Shown: positions 1 through 10,430, counted from the first letter of the stretch. The stretch: 64,000 nt of DNA from Halarcobacter sp. (GCA_963676565.1 OY781089.1:448001-512000), one strand, 5' to 3'. A program made the numbers and translations. The notes: a model not told the origin generated them from the sequence alone.

Positions 1-1
1 C

Positions 2-1039
2 ACTCCAAATGGTTTATTTTTCTCAAGATCTCACGGAGGAACTGCTCATGTAGATCCAAATGAGTATAGACTTATGATAACTGGACTTGTGGAAAAACCA
101 ATTGTTTTAACACTTGCTCAGTTAAAAAGATATCCAAGGGTAACAAGAACTCACTTTATTGAATGTCCTGCAAATGGTGGGCAAGAGTGGAGAAGACCTC
201 AATACAACTCTTTACAATTTGCTAAAGGATTTATGTCTTGTGCTGAGTGGACTGGTGTTTATATTAAAACTATTTTAGAAGACTTAGGATTAAAACCTGA
301 AGCAAAATGGATGTTAGCAGAAGGTAGTGATAACTCAGAGATGGGAAGATCTGTTCCAGTAGAAAAAGTTTTAGATGATGCCTTAATTGTTTGGGGACAA
401 AATGGTGAAGCGCTAAGACCAGAACAAGGTTATCCAGTAAGATTACTTCTTCCAGGTTGGGAAGGAAATCTATGTGTAAAATGGCTAAAAAGATTAGACT
501 TTGCAAGTGAACCTTGGTATGCAAAAGAGGAAACTTCAAAATATACAGCCCTTAAACCAACAGGAAAAGCTGTTCAACATTTCTATGCAAATGAAGTAAA
601 CTCAACAGTTGTAATCCCAAGTCCTGAAAAACCATGGACAGATTTAGAAGATGGAACAATGGTTGAAATTGAAGGTTTAGCTTGGTCAGGTATGGGAACA
701 ATTACCAGAGTAGATTTATCATTTGATGGTGGGAATAACTATGTTGAAGCAAATATTAAAGGTTTAGTTCTTCCAAAATGTTGGACAAGATGGAGTTATA
801 TCCATAAATACAAAAAAGGTGAAAAACTTTTATTAACTTCAAGGGCAATTGATGATGCTGGATTTATTCAACCAACTATTGACCAAGAAGTGTTTGGCTT
901 TGATGTAAAAAAAGAAGATTATGGAAAAGATAAAAATAAGGGTATGGGTGTTGAATCTGTTTACCATAGAAATGCAATTGAAACTTGGGAAGTAAATGAA
1001 AAAGGGGAGGTGAACCATGTTCAAGTTAGAACAATATAA
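2..1039 (+). CDS. soxC: Sulfane dehydrogenase molybdoprotein subunit SoxC (5'-truncated by window edge)
   Basis: Frame is open from base 2 (TPNGLFFSRSHGG...), with sulfite-oxidase-family motifs FIECPANG, GEALRPEQGYPVRLLLPGWEGN and EIEGLAWSG; followed by soxD, soxY and soxZ. Confidence 0.93.
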   Translation, partial: TPNGLFFSRSHGGTAHVDPNEYRLMITGLVEKPIVLTLAQLKRYPRVTRTHFIECPANGGQEWRRPQYNSLQFAKGFMSCAEWTGVYIKTILEDLGLKPEAKWMLAEGSDNSEMGRSVPVEKVLDDALIVWGQNGEALRPEQGYPVRLLLPGWEGNLCVKWLKRLDFASEPWYAKEETSKYTALKPTGKAVQHFYANEVNSTVVIPSPEKPWTDLEDGTMVEIEGLAWSGMGTITRVDLSFDGGNNYVEANIKGLVLPKCWTRWSYIHKYKKGEKLLLTSRAIDDAGFIQPTIDQEVFGFDVKKEDYGKDKNKGMGVESVYHRNAIETWEVNEKGEVNHVQVRTI

Positions 1040-2216
1040 AACATTAGTAGCTTCACTTATAACTACTACAGCACTAATAACAGTTTCACAAGCAAAAGAA
1101 TCTGAGACCTCAGCTTATAATGGCTTATGGAATGCAAAAAAAGATATTAGTGGTGGTGTTTATTACCCTATTAAAAATGGCCAAACAGGACCATATAAAG
1201 TAAACCCTCAAGTTTATAAAGACTCTGATATTTCAAAAGGTGAAGATGGAATAAAAGTATCATTCAACCATGGTAGAGTACCCACAAAAAATGAATACAA
1301 TGCGTGGAATAAAGATATCAATGGTTTAAATGAAGGTCTACCTGATGGATATGGATATGTTGATGAAGGTGAAATCCTTTATGAGCAACAATGTATTATG
1401 TGTCATGGTGACTTTGGTAGCGGTGGAGGTGGATACCCTGCATTATCTGCTGGTAAAGCTAAAGAGATGAAAAGAACTCTTAAAAATAATAGATGGTTAA
1501 ACCCAACTGCAGAAGGCCCTTCTAGAGTATTTGGTTCTTATTGGCCAGTTGCAAGTACTTTATTTTGGTATATAAGAGATGCGATGCCTCATACTAAATC
1601 TAAAACTTTAACTAATGATGAGACTTATTCACTAGTAGCATATATGTTATATATTAATGGAATGAAAGTAAATGGTGAGATTGTAAATGAGACTTTCAAA
1701 CTAGATAAAGAGAAATTCAAGAAAATTTATATGCCAAATAGATATGGGTTTATCCCTGATATTGATGGACCTAATGGAATTGAAAATGTTAGAGCATTTT
1801 ATGAAGTGCCATCAAACTATAGTGCAAAGAGATTGGCAAAAGGTGAAAAACCATGTATGTCAAATTGTCAACAAACTAAAAATATTGTAAGACTTGAAGA
1901 GGGTGCAGGTATTACTGATTTTGAGCCTCCTATTTCAGTGGTAAGAGATTTACCTGCTGTTGTAAAAGATGATGCACACAAAGTAAGTTTTGATCCAAAA
2001 GCAGCCTATGAAGCAAATTGTACTATGTGTCACAACACAGGAGTGGCACCAAAAGCAGGTGATAAAACTGCATGGTCTTCATACTTAGCAAAAGGGATGG
2101 ATAAAGTATATAAAAATGCTCTAGAAGGTACTAACATGGGTATGCCAGCAAAAGGTGGTTCTTCACTTAATGATGAAGAGTTTAAACAAGTTGTTGACTA
2201 CATGTTGAAATTTTAA
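1017..2216 (+). CDS. soxD: SoxD di-heme cytochrome c subunit
   Basis: Signal peptide; two CxxCH motifs (CIMCH, CTMCH); GSYWPVASTLFWYIRDAMP SoxD signature; overlaps the end of soxC. Confidence 0.9.
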   Translation: MFKLEQYKTLVASLITTTALITVSQAKESETSAYNGLWNAKKDISGGVYYPIKNGQTGPYKVNPQVYKDSDISKGEDGIKVSFNHGRVPTKNEYNAWNKDINGLNEGLPDGYGYVDEGEILYEQQCIMCHGDFGSGGGGYPALSAGKAKEMKRTLKNNRWLNPTAEGPSRVFGSYWPVASTLFWYIRDAMPHTKSKTLTNDETYSLVAYMLYINGMKVNGEIVNETFKLDKEKFKKIYMPNRYGFIPDIDGPNGIENVRAFYEVPSNYSAKRLAKGEKPCMSNCQQTKNIVRLEEGAGITDFEPPISVVRDLPAVVKDDAHKVSFDPKAAYEANCTMCHNTGVAPKAGDKTAWSSYLAKGMDKVYKNALEGTNMGMPAKGGSSLNDEEFKQVVDYMLKF

Positions 2217-2228
2217 AAAGGAATATTA

Positions 2229-2684
2229 ATGAATAGAAGAAATTTTTTAACTTTTGCAGGAAGTTTAATTGCACTTTCTGTAGTTCCTATGAATCTTAGA
2301 GCAACTGATTATAGAAAACTAAAGCCAAAAGTATGGGAAGCTCATACAATTGATGATGCCACAAAAGCATTATATGGAGTAAAAGATGTAATTGAAACAG
2401 ATAAAATTAAAATCAAAATTCCTAAAATCAATTCAAGTGGAGCAGCAGTTCCTGTTAAATTTGAAACATCATTGGATGCAAAAACAGTTGCACTATTTCA
2501 AGATGCAAACCCAGAAAGTGCAGTAGCAGTTTATGAAATAAACAAATATGATTTACAAAAATATGACGTAAAAATTAAAATGGCTGAAAGTGGTACAGTT
2601 ATGGTACTAGTTGAAGCAAAAGATGGGAAAATATACATGGCCAAAGCTACAACAGAAGTTGCAGCTGGTGGATGTGAAGGGTAG
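2229..2684 (+). CDS. soxY: Sulfur carrier protein SoxY
   Basis: Tat signal (NRRNFL) and C-terminal carrier arm VAAGGCEG. Confidence 0.93.
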   Translation: MNRRNFLTFAGSLIALSVVPMNLRATDYRKLKPKVWEAHTIDDATKALYGVKDVIETDKIKIKIPKINSSGAAVPVKFETSLDAKTVALFQDANPESAVAVYEINKYDLQKYDVKIKMAESGTVMVLVEAKDGKIYMAKATTEVAAGGCEG

Positions 2685-2692
2685 GAACTTAA

Positions 2693-3091
2693 ATGGCAAG
2701 AAATAAAATAACAGCAGTAAAAATTAAAATTAATGATGGTGTAGCAACTGCAAAAATGGCATTTTCTCATCCTATGATGACATATAACCAAGCAAAAGCT
2801 AAAACAGGGAATGCAGATGATGCAAACTTTATTACTCATATAACTGGAAAAGTTGGAGAAGAAACAGTTCTTGATATTTCAACAAGTCAATTCTTTTCTA
2901 AAAATCCTATTTTTAAATTCCAATTTAAATGTGATAGTTTCAAAATTGGAAAAAAATTAACAGGTAGAGAGTTAGACAATGGTGTTAAGAGAAAAGATAC
3001 AGAATATGGTGATTCTCTAAAAATTATTGCAATGGACAGAAAAGGTGAAACTTACGAAAAAGAAGTTGAACTTACTGCAAGAAAAAGATAA
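2693..3091 (+). CDS. soxZ: Sulfur carrier protein SoxZ
   Basis: HPM motif, ANFITHI and SQFFSKNPIFKF; directly after soxY. Confidence 0.9.
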   Translation: MARNKITAVKIKINDGVATAKMAFSHPMMTYNQAKAKTGNADDANFITHITGKVGEETVLDISTSQFFSKNPIFKFQFKCDSFKIGKKLTGRELDNGVKRKDTEYGDSLKIIAMDRKGETYEKEVELTARKR

Positions 3092-3101
3092 AGGAAATAT
3101 T

Positions 3102-4067
3102 ATGAATAAAAGGTTTCTTTCAACACTTAGTTTTCTAAGCATCTTCTTATTTGCTAACTTATCACAAGCTCTGGCTTCTCAAGATGAGTTAAGGGAAGAT
3201 ATTAGAATTTATAGTATGAAAAACAGTGATGGTAAAATCACAGCAAAAACTATCGAAAAAGCTTTCAAAGATACTGGTTTTGAAATAATCGGTAACAATA
3301 ATATGAATGTTGCCTTTGAAAAAAGATTTGGTGGTGGTAAAGATTTTAAAATCTATAGATTAATGTTTGTGCACAATAAAAAATATGGTGCTAAGCTTTT
3401 AAAAGATTTTCCAGAATTTGGTCTTTTAGCTCCATTAAGTACTTCTGTATATTCAAAAGATGGTAAGACAATAAATATTTCATCTTTATCTTTAACTGGA
3501 ATGTCAAGAATTTCAGGAGTTCCAAAAACAAATAAAGACTTAATTGCATTACATGATCAAATGACAAGAGCTTTAAAAAAAGCACTACCAAAAGGTGAAT
3601 TTATTGAACTAAGTTATAAAAAAATTAGACCTGATGGTGAACTAGTTACTAGATTTGCCTTCGAATTGAAAGTTGAAGATGGTGATGAAATTCAAGATGC
3701 AAAAGATAGTTATCAAGAAACAATGGAAGGAGAAATAGAATCCTTAGGATTTATTGTTGCTGGATTCTATCCTGTAATTGATGACTTATCAGAAAACGAT
3801 GTAGATGATTATGAATTTTATGATACCTATTCTATTTGTAAACTAGAAGTTATCTATCCAGTTCATAAAAAACACCCTGAAGTTGGTGCATTTGCCCCTT
3901 GTACTATGTATATGTACAAGAAAAAAAATGAAAAACTTACTAGAATGGGATATCCTTCAGTTTATAACTGGATTATGTCTACAAATATTTATGATGATGA
4001 ATCATTAACTCCACTTATTGATGCTCAAGATCAATTAGAATCTGCTATAGATAGTACCATGGAATAA
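3102..4067 (+). CDS. Exported tandem DUF302-like protein
   Basis: AAGGA RBS before ATG 3102; signal peptide; GLLAPLS and YSIC...GAFAPCTMY motifs typical of DUF302. Confidence 0.7.
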   Translation: MNKRFLSTLSFLSIFLFANLSQALASQDELREDIRIYSMKNSDGKITAKTIEKAFKDTGFEIIGNNNMNVAFEKRFGGGKDFKIYRLMFVHNKKYGAKLLKDFPEFGLLAPLSTSVYSKDGKTINISSLSLTGMSRISGVPKTNKDLIALHDQMTRALKKALPKGEFIELSYKKIRPDGELVTRFAFELKVEDGDEIQDAKDSYQETMEGEIESLGFIVAGFYPVIDDLSENDVDDYEFYDTYSICKLEVIYPVHKKHPEVGAFAPCTMYMYKKKNEKLTRMGYPSVYNWIMSTNIYDDESLTPLIDAQDQLESAIDSTME

Positions 4068-4116
4068 AAAATGCCCAATTATTTGGGCTTTTTTATAATC
4101 TTTTTAAGAGGTAATT

Positions 4117-4599
4117 ATGAAATATATATTTAGTTTTTTACTTATACTTTTTTCAGTGAATAGTTTTGCAGGCGATATAATAGATATTGATAAAAAAATA
4201 CAAAAGGCAAAAAAACAGAACAAAGAACTTATGATATTTTTTCATATTCCAGATTGCCCCTATTGTGAAGCGATGCTTGATGGGAACTTTAAAGATAATT
4301 CAATAATAAAGTTAATTGAAGAAAATTTTATCTTAGTTGATATCTACACAGCAAATAAAGTAGATATTGTCTTTAAAAATTTTAAAGGCTCACCAAAAGA
4401 GTTTGCAAAACATGTAAAAGCAACTGCATATCCAGCTACCCTTTTTATGGATAGAAATTCAAATATATTTTATAGTGCCATTGGATATAGAAATATTCAA
4501 GAGTATATACATGAATTAAAATATATAATTACAAAAAACTATAAACAAATGCCTCTTGATGAATTTGTTGTAAAAATGGAAATAGAAGATGAGTTATAA
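4117..4599 (+). CDS. soxW: Periplasmic thioredoxin, SoxW family
   Basis: Signal peptide, CPYC active site, YPATLF cis-Pro loop; at the end of the sox cluster. Confidence 0.7.
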   Translation: MKYIFSFLLILFSVNSFAGDIIDIDKKIQKAKKQNKELMIFFHIPDCPYCEAMLDGNFKDNSIIKLIEENFILVDIYTANKVDIVFKNFKGSPKEFAKHVKATAYPATLFMDRNSNIFYSAIGYRNIQEYIHELKYIITKNYKQMPLDEFVVKMEIEDEL

Positions 4600-5059
4600 T
4601 GATAATATAAAATTTGATAAACTCCCAGCAGTTGATGATATTGCAGGTGTTTTAGAAGATATCTTTAGTGTAAAACTTGATGTTAATGGTGGCTGGGCTT
4701 ATGATAATAACTCTGCTTTAGAAGTTAACTCTTTAACTATACCCATTGAACAATTTTTACATACATTTGCAGCAATGAGAGCAAATATTGAAATGAATTT
4801 AACACAAGATGAAGAAAAACGTTATGCGGGGATAAACGTAAGTCAATTAGAGCACAAAGAGTTTGAAGTAGAAAATAGAAGATATGACCTAGTTACTTTT
4901 AAAATAACTGCAATAAAAGAAAAAGATTACAATAATTTTATTCAAGAATATAAAGATAATTATGGAAAAGAGAGTTTTGATTTAAAAGAACACTTTGAAA
5001 ATCGAAATAAGGCTACAATCGAAATTCATAGTGACTTTTGGTTTATTTTTAAGTTTTAA
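4589..5059 (+). CDS. Hypothetical protein
   Basis: 156-aa ORF overlapping the soxW end; no recognised motif. Confidence 0.7.
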   Translation: MSYNDNIKFDKLPAVDDIAGVLEDIFSVKLDVNGGWAYDNNSALEVNSLTIPIEQFLHTFAAMRANIEMNLTQDEEKRYAGINVSQLEHKEFEVENRRYDLVTFKITAIKEKDYNNFIQEYKDNYGKESFDLKEHFENRNKATIEIHSDFWFIFKF

Positions 5060-5060
5060 A

Positions 5061-6437
5061 TTACATTACAGATAAAAAAGTAAGCTCTTTATCTTCATTT
5101 GAAGCTATAGAGTTTTTACTTTTTTTGAGTTTTTCTTTATCAAAGTTGATTAAAACCATACCTGCAAATTTATTCTCTTTGTAAAATTCTACTCTAAAAA
5201 TTTTTCCTTTCTTATCAACAGAATAATCTTTTAGTATTTTATGTTTTTTAATATTGATGCCAACCTCATTTTTTTTGCCTTTTTTAACAAAACCAATCAC
5301 ATTAACTCTATAATCTTTTATAGGTTTAATTTCAAAATCTGAATCAACATTAACAATTGAACCAATCTCTACGCTTTTTTCTTCACCATCAATATTCATT
5401 AATATTTTTTCACTTAAATCTTCCATCTCAAAATAATCTGGTTTTAAATTTACTAATAATCTATTCCCGTAATAAATACTAAAATAATTATTCTCTCTAA
5501 TAATAGTCATCAATGGGTTTGAAGGTTTGAAATCTAAAGTCCCATCTTTTTTCACGGGGAAATAATTTACTACGTTTCTAATTTCTGATAGAGGAAGTTG
5601 AATTTTATCATCATAAAAAGAGATATAAATATCATTATCTATAACATCTTTTATTGCAACTAAGTCCAAATCAAATTTTCTTTCAAACTCAATTCCCATA
5701 ATATTCATATATTTTTCTAAGGCTAATAAATGATAATATGTTCTTTCATATAAAGGTAATGATTTACTTGCTTCATTTCCAAATGCAGCTTTTCCATTGT
5801 TAATTGCAAAATATGTTAGAGTTTTTTCCATCTCCTTATCACCCATTCTTGTATGAGTGTTTTTTACTCTATAGGCGTCTCTTTCTCTTAGCAGGTTCTT
5901 ATTTACATGTTCACATACTTCTGTAGAGATCTCTTCTAAGTTCCCATAATGTTTAATATCTAAACTAGTTTGATCAATAATTGAACTTTGCCCCCATCTA
6001 TCAGGAGAAAAAGTCCAGTTCGTATACTCTTTTCTATAAAAACCACTTCCATCATGCAGATTTAATATTAACTTTACTTCTGGTGCTTTTATATATTTTT
6101 TGATTCTTTGAACTAGGTTATAGTCAGGATCATTTTCATCTAAATGAGCAAATTTTCTATTCATATCACCAAAAGGACCTCTATCTCTTTTTATAATTGA
6201 ATAAAAATTTAAATTTGGTACAACCCAAACAGAACCTTTTGTAATTTTATAATGAGTAGAAATAAGAGAAGCTGCCATAAAAGCACCAGGCTCATCACCT
6301 TGAATCCCACCTACTATTAATAAAGTATTATCATCTTGAATACCTTTTTTAATAAAATTAAAATCCATCACAGTGGTATTTGCGTAAAGGTTCTGTACAA
6401 ATAAAATTGTAATTATTAATTTAAATAACCTTAACAT
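5061..6437 (-). CDS. M99 family peptidoglycan DL-carboxypeptidase (Csd4/Pgp1-like)
   Basis: GGIQGDEPG (Q-x-x-E Zn site), VVPNLN, GDMNRKF, LNLHDGSGFY; signal peptide from MLRLFK. Confidence 0.88.
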   Translation of the reverse strand: MLRLFKLIITILFVQNLYANTTVMDFNFIKKGIQDDNTLLIVGGIQGDEPGAFMAASLISTHYKITKGSVWVVPNLNFYSIIKRDRGPFGDMNRKFAHLDENDPDYNLVQRIKKYIKAPEVKLILNLHDGSGFYRKEYTNWTFSPDRWGQSSIIDQTSLDIKHYGNLEEISTEVCEHVNKNLLRERDAYRVKNTHTRMGDKEMEKTLTYFAINNGKAAFGNEASKSLPLYERTYYHLLALEKYMNIMGIEFERKFDLDLVAIKDVIDNDIYISFYDDKIQLPLSEIRNVVNYFPVKKDGTLDFKPSNPLMTIIRENNYFSIYYGNRLLVNLKPDYFEMEDLSEKILMNIDGEEKSVEIGSIVNVDSDFEIKPIKDYRVNVIGFVKKGKKNEVGINIKKHKILKDYSVDKKGKIFRVEFYKENKFAGMVLINFDKEKLKKSKNSIASNEDKELTFLSVM

Positions 6438-7377
6438 GCCAAGGCTCATATCTTACTCCATCTTTGTTATTAATTGTATATCTCATATCTATATATTTTA
6501 ATTTTCTCATAGCTAAAAACTCTTGAGTTAAGGCAAATCTTGATGTAAAGTTTGCATGACCAAATCCTTTTTTTCCAACATCAAAATCACCAACTGAATG
6601 ATAAGTATATGCAGGAGGGGCTAAAGATTTTGCAGCAACTGTAAAATTTCCATTTTCAGAATTTAATTTGTCTAAAAATAGCTTTGTTTGTTTTACAATA
6701 CTTCTAATTCCTGAAGTTAATACCATAGATTCACCAATATCTTCAACCATTTTATAATATGTCTCTTCTGAGTGTCCTTTAAATAAATAGTGTCCAGTAT
6801 AAGGTATCTTTACAACTTCTTTCGTATTAATTTTATCTGTTAAATTTTTTGAAATTCTTTCTCCATAAAAACCATGCATTTTAGGGTCATAATAAAAAAT
6901 AGATTCTAGAAATTCTAATTCTGATTTTGTAAATTCACCAATATTACTTACATTTCTTGCAATTCTCATACTATAATCAAAAGAAATAATATTGAAGTTT
7001 CCGTATCCTACATAAGATTGAATCGCTGCTAATTTTTTTCTTACTGAAACAAAATCTTCTTTATATTTATCTTCAATAAAAATATCTTTTTTAATAAAAT
7101 TATCACTTTTTAAATCAGTTTTTTCCTCTTGAAGACTATCAACAATATTGACTTCTTCTTCAATTATTAATTCAGGAGTTTCTTTAATCTGCTCTTTGGG
7201 AACGATTATCTCTTTTTTTTGCAAAGTTTCTTTATCTAAAACAACATATTTTTTTTCATCATTATCAAAGAATAATTTTGAAAAAAAATCTGTAAAAACA
7301 TTACTCTCATCCGCTAAAAGGTTTTGCTTTGATGCATATAATAATACTGCTGCTTTAAAAAAATCTCTTCTTTGCAT
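6421..7377 (-). CDS. M15B/VanY-like D-Ala-D-Ala carboxypeptidase with Tat-like signal
   Basis: SGIRS, APPAYTYHSVGDFD and YEPWH motifs; N-terminal RRDFFK. Confidence 0.8.
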   Translation of the reverse strand: MQRRDFFKAAVLLYASKQNLLADESNVFTDFFSKLFFDNDEKKYVVLDKETLQKKEIIVPKEQIKETPELIIEEEVNIVDSLQEEKTDLKSDNFIKKDIFIEDKYKEDFVSVRKKLAAIQSYVGYGNFNIISFDYSMRIARNVSNIGEFTKSELEFLESIFYYDPKMHGFYGERISKNLTDKINTKEVVKIPYTGHYLFKGHSEETYYKMVEDIGESMVLTSGIRSIVKQTKLFLDKLNSENGNFTVAAKSLAPPAYTYHSVGDFDVGKKGFGHANFTSRFALTQEFLAMRKLKYIDMRYTINNKDGVRYEPWHVKVI

Positions 7378-7379
7378 AT

Positions 7380-7643
7380 TTATAATACCATTTTAATATC
7401 TTTATGTTCGTCTAATAACTTATGTATCTCTTTTCTATCATCGTCACTATGAACTATCAATTCTATATTATAGCTTTTAAATTTACCTTTTTTACTAACT
7501 TTAGATTCTTTTATTTTATGATCTCTTTCCCCAAATATATCTTTAGAAATATGTTGTACATTTATACTTTCAATGATAACAATTTTATATTTCCAGTTAC
7601 AGGGGTAATCTAATTCTAATTTATGCTTATTTAAATCAATCAA
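7380..7643 (-). CDS. DUF493 (HP0495/YbeD-like) protein
   Basis: LDYPCNWKYKI, SKKGKFKSY and C-terminal IKMVL; adjacent to moaC. Confidence 0.85.
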   Translation of the reverse strand: MIDLNKHKLELDYPCNWKYKIVIIESINVQHISKDIFGERDHKIKESKVSKKGKFKSYNIELIVHSDDDRKEIHKLLDEHKDIKMVL

Positions 7644-7645
7644 AT

Positions 7646-8122
7646 CTATTCACCTCTTGTAAAATCTCCACTTTTCCCACCTGATTTTTTCTCTAATTGA
7701 ACATCAGATATAACCATTGATTTGTCAATTGCTTTAACCATATCATAAATAGTTAAAAGTCCAATAGAAACACCAGTTAAGGCTTCCATTTCAACACCAG
7801 TTTGTCCAGTTAATTTTGCTGTAACAAAAAGTTTAAACCCAGGAAGGGTTGGTATCTCTTCTACATCACAATTTATTCCACTTAGTAAAAGTGGGTGACA
7901 CATAGGGATTAAATCACTTGTTTTTTTAGTTCCCATAATTGCAGCAATAATTGCAGTTTGTAGAACTGGTCCCTTCTTTGTATTATTTTGAACAATTGCA
8001 TCAAATGCTTCTTGACTCATACTTATTTTTCCAGAAGCAACAGCTATTCTTGTTGTATCTGATTTTGAAGAAACATCAACCATTTTTGGTCTATCATTAT
8101 TATCTAAATGTGTTAATTCCAA
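7646..8122 (-). CDS. moaC: Cyclic pyranopterin monophosphate synthase MoaC
   Basis: LTHLD...[27 protein letters not shown]. Confidence 0.97.
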   Translation of the reverse strand: MELTHLDNNDRPKMVDVSSKSDTTRIAVASGKISMSQEAFDAIVQNNTKKGPVLQTAIIAAIMGTKKTSDLIPMCHPLLLSGINCDVEEIPTLPGFKLFVTAKLTGQTGVEMEALTGVSIGLLTIYDMVKAIDKSMVISDVQLEKKSGGKSGDFTRGE

Positions 8123-8238
8123 ATTATTAACCTTATTGTAAAGTACCCGATTATATCTTTATAATGATTAAATAAAAATTAAGCAAAGTTTAAATATAAT
8201 TAGCGCCTAAATTTTAAAAGAAAGAAGGTGAACTTTAT

Positions 8239-8451
8239 ATGCCAGGCATTAAAGTAAAAGAAAACGAATCTTTTGACGAAGCTTATAGAAGGTTTAAGAA
8301 GCAATGTGATAGAAATCTTATTGTTACTGAAACTAGAGCTAGAAGATTTTTTGAGCCAATGACTGAAATCAGAAAAAAACAAAAAATTTCTGCTAGAAAG
8401 AAAATGCTTAAAAGATTATACATGCTTAGAAGATACGAATCAAGATTATAA
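8239..8451 (+). CDS. rpsU: 30S ribosomal protein S21
   Basis: [22 protein letters not shown]...RRFFEP. Confidence 0.97.
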   Translation: MPGIKVKENESFDEAYRRFKKQCDRNLIVTETRARRFFEPMTEIRKKQKISARKKMLKRLYMLRRYESRL

Positions 8452-8470
8452 GAATTCGTTTTCTACCCTA

Positions 8471-8499
8471 AAGGTCCGATTTTATCGGGCCTTTTTTTT
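8471..8499 (+). terminator. Rho-independent terminator after rpsU
   Basis: aaggtccgat-ttt-atcgggcctt hairpin followed by a T-run. Confidence 0.8.
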
Positions 8500-8519
8500 A
8501 CTCAAATTTTTATTCAATA

Positions 8520-9971
8520 CTAAATATAAATACTTAACAATAATAAAATTAAAATAGGTCCTAGAAGCCCTGCAACTAAACCAATTAATATAAAATCTTT
8601 TGAATTCAATTTTCCAGATGAAAAAGCAATGGCATTAGGTGGTGTTGAAACTGGCAGAATCATAGCACATGAAGCGCATAATGCTACACTAATCACCATA
8701 TAAGAAACGATTGAGCTTCCCATACTACTAACTAAAGCAACAACTAAAGGTAGGATGATATTTGTAGCAGCTGTATTACTCATAAAATTTGATACGAGGA
8801 TTACAATAAAAGTAAAAATTGAAGCAATTAAAAATAGATCTAAGCCTTCTATACTAAATTGAGTTCCTATCCACGCATCTAAACCTGTTTTAGTAACCCC
8901 AGCTCCTAAAGATAATCCACCAATAATAAGGATAATTACATCCCAATTAATCTCTTTTATATCATCTGTATTGATTATTCCAAAAACTGTAAAAACAACA
9001 ATTGGGAATAAAGATACAACAGGTGTTGGAATATGGTGTAATGGTCCAGTAAGCCATAATGATACAGTAATAATAAATACAAATATAACTAAACTTTTTT
9101 TCCAACTTGGAATTGTTGGAATTTTTGTAAAAGTACTTGTTGAATCATCAAAATGAGAAACTTTTTTCACTTTGTTTATATCAATAATATCTTCATTTGA
9201 TTTATATTTTTTTATTATTAACCACCGAAATATAATAGTAAGTAAAATTGCTGGAGGTAAAGCAATTATCATCCACTCAACAAAGCTTGGTGCATTATCT
9301 CCTAGTATTCCAACTGCAATTGCATTTGGAGGAGTCCCAATAATCGTACCCATACCACCAATATTAGCTGCAACTACAATACCAAGTAATATTCCTTTTT
9401 GGAAAGGATTGTCTTTATTCATATTTTTAAGCATTGGAATAAGAAGAGTCATCATCATAGCAGTAGTTGCAGTATTTGATATAAACATTGATAATACAAA
9501 GGTTATTAACATCAATCCTGTTAATATATTGTGTGGTTTATTTCCAAAATAAAATAATACTCTTTTTGCTAACCACAAATCTAATTTTGTTTTAGATGCA
9601 GCAATTGCCATAATAAAACCAGCCATAAACAAAAATATTAAAGGATTTGACCACGCTTTTAGATAATAAACCCATTCTTTATTAGAAGAATCAAAATCAA
9701 AGTTGTGGTAACCTAATAGAAGTATTTCAAGGGCTATTATTAAAAAAGAAACTGCAAAGGCTGGGATTGCTTCAGTCATCCATAAAAAAGCCGATATAAG
9801 CAATATAAATAGCATTAATGACGCGTCATGTGATAAAAAAGAGTATTCTGGAATAAATGATAATAAATATGCACCAAAAAAAGAAAATATAAATTTAAAG
9901 ACAGAATGTTTAACACTATTTTTAAGTTTACTTTTTAAATCATTAATTATTAGTTTTGACTGTTTTTTCAT
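8520..9971 (-). CDS. DASS/SLC13 family sodium-coupled anion (dicarboxylate/sulfate) symporter
   Basis: SMFISNTAT, IGTPPNAI, FMSNTA and STPPNAI motifs; many TM helices. Confidence 0.9.
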   Translation of the reverse strand: MKKQSKLIINDLKSKLKNSVKHSVFKFIFSFFGAYLLSFIPEYSFLSHDASLMLFILLISAFLWMTEAIPAFAVSFLIIALEILLLGYHNFDFDSSNKEWVYYLKAWSNPLIFLFMAGFIMAIAASKTKLDLWLAKRVLFYFGNKPHNILTGLMLITFVLSMFISNTATTAMMMTLLIPMLKNMNKDNPFQKGILLGIVVAANIGGMGTIIGTPPNAIAVGILGDNAPSFVEWMIIALPPAILLTIIFRWLIIKKYKSNEDIIDINKVKKVSHFDDSTSTFTKIPTIPSWKKSLVIFVFIITVSLWLTGPLHHIPTPVVSLFPIVVFTVFGIINTDDIKEINWDVIILIIGGLSLGAGVTKTGLDAWIGTQFSIEGLDLFLIASIFTFIVILVSNFMSNTAATNIILPLVVALVSSMGSSIVSYMVISVALCASCAMILPVSTPPNAIAFSSGKLNSKDFILIGLVAGLLGPILILLLLSIYI

Positions 9972-10018
9972 ACATAATCTTGTAATTTTTATTTTGAGTA
10001 TAATATTATAAAAAGGCT

Positions 10019-10072
10019 AAAAAAAAAGCTTCACCCAGATCAACTAAAAAAAGTTAACTAGAATGAAGCTTC
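10019..10072 (-). terminator. rrn operon terminator (copy 1)
   Basis: Minus strand gaagcttcattctagttaact...agttgatctgggtgaagctt followed by a T-run, downstream of 5S. Confidence 0.7.
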
Positions 10073-10128
10073 AGAATTTGTCCCTGAAAAAGATGATAAT
10101 CTTTTTTAGTACAAATATATACTCAAGA

Positions 10129-10244
10129 GCTGGCAGCGGCCTACGTTTCCACAAGGGGACCCTGCAGTATTATCAGCGCAGAAGTGCTTGACTTCCAGGT
10201 TCGGAATGGAGCTGGGTATTTCCACTTCGCTAAAACCACCAGCA
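10129..10244 (-). rRNA. rrf: 5S rRNA
   Basis: Reverse complement tgctggtggttttagcgaag...ccattccgaacctggaagtcaagc...gctgccagc. Confidence 0.95.
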
Positions 10245-10430
10245 ATATGAGTAAAGAAAGTAATTAGTAATTGGTTACTAGTAATTAGTAACGTTACTCT
10301 CTTTACTCACATTAGGTTCTATGAGTTTTAAAAGTTAAATGTTAAAAGTCTTTGCGTTATTGCTAACGTCTTACACAATTTGTATTAAATGCTATACATT
10401 TAATAAGATAGTAAACCAAGAAATATATAA

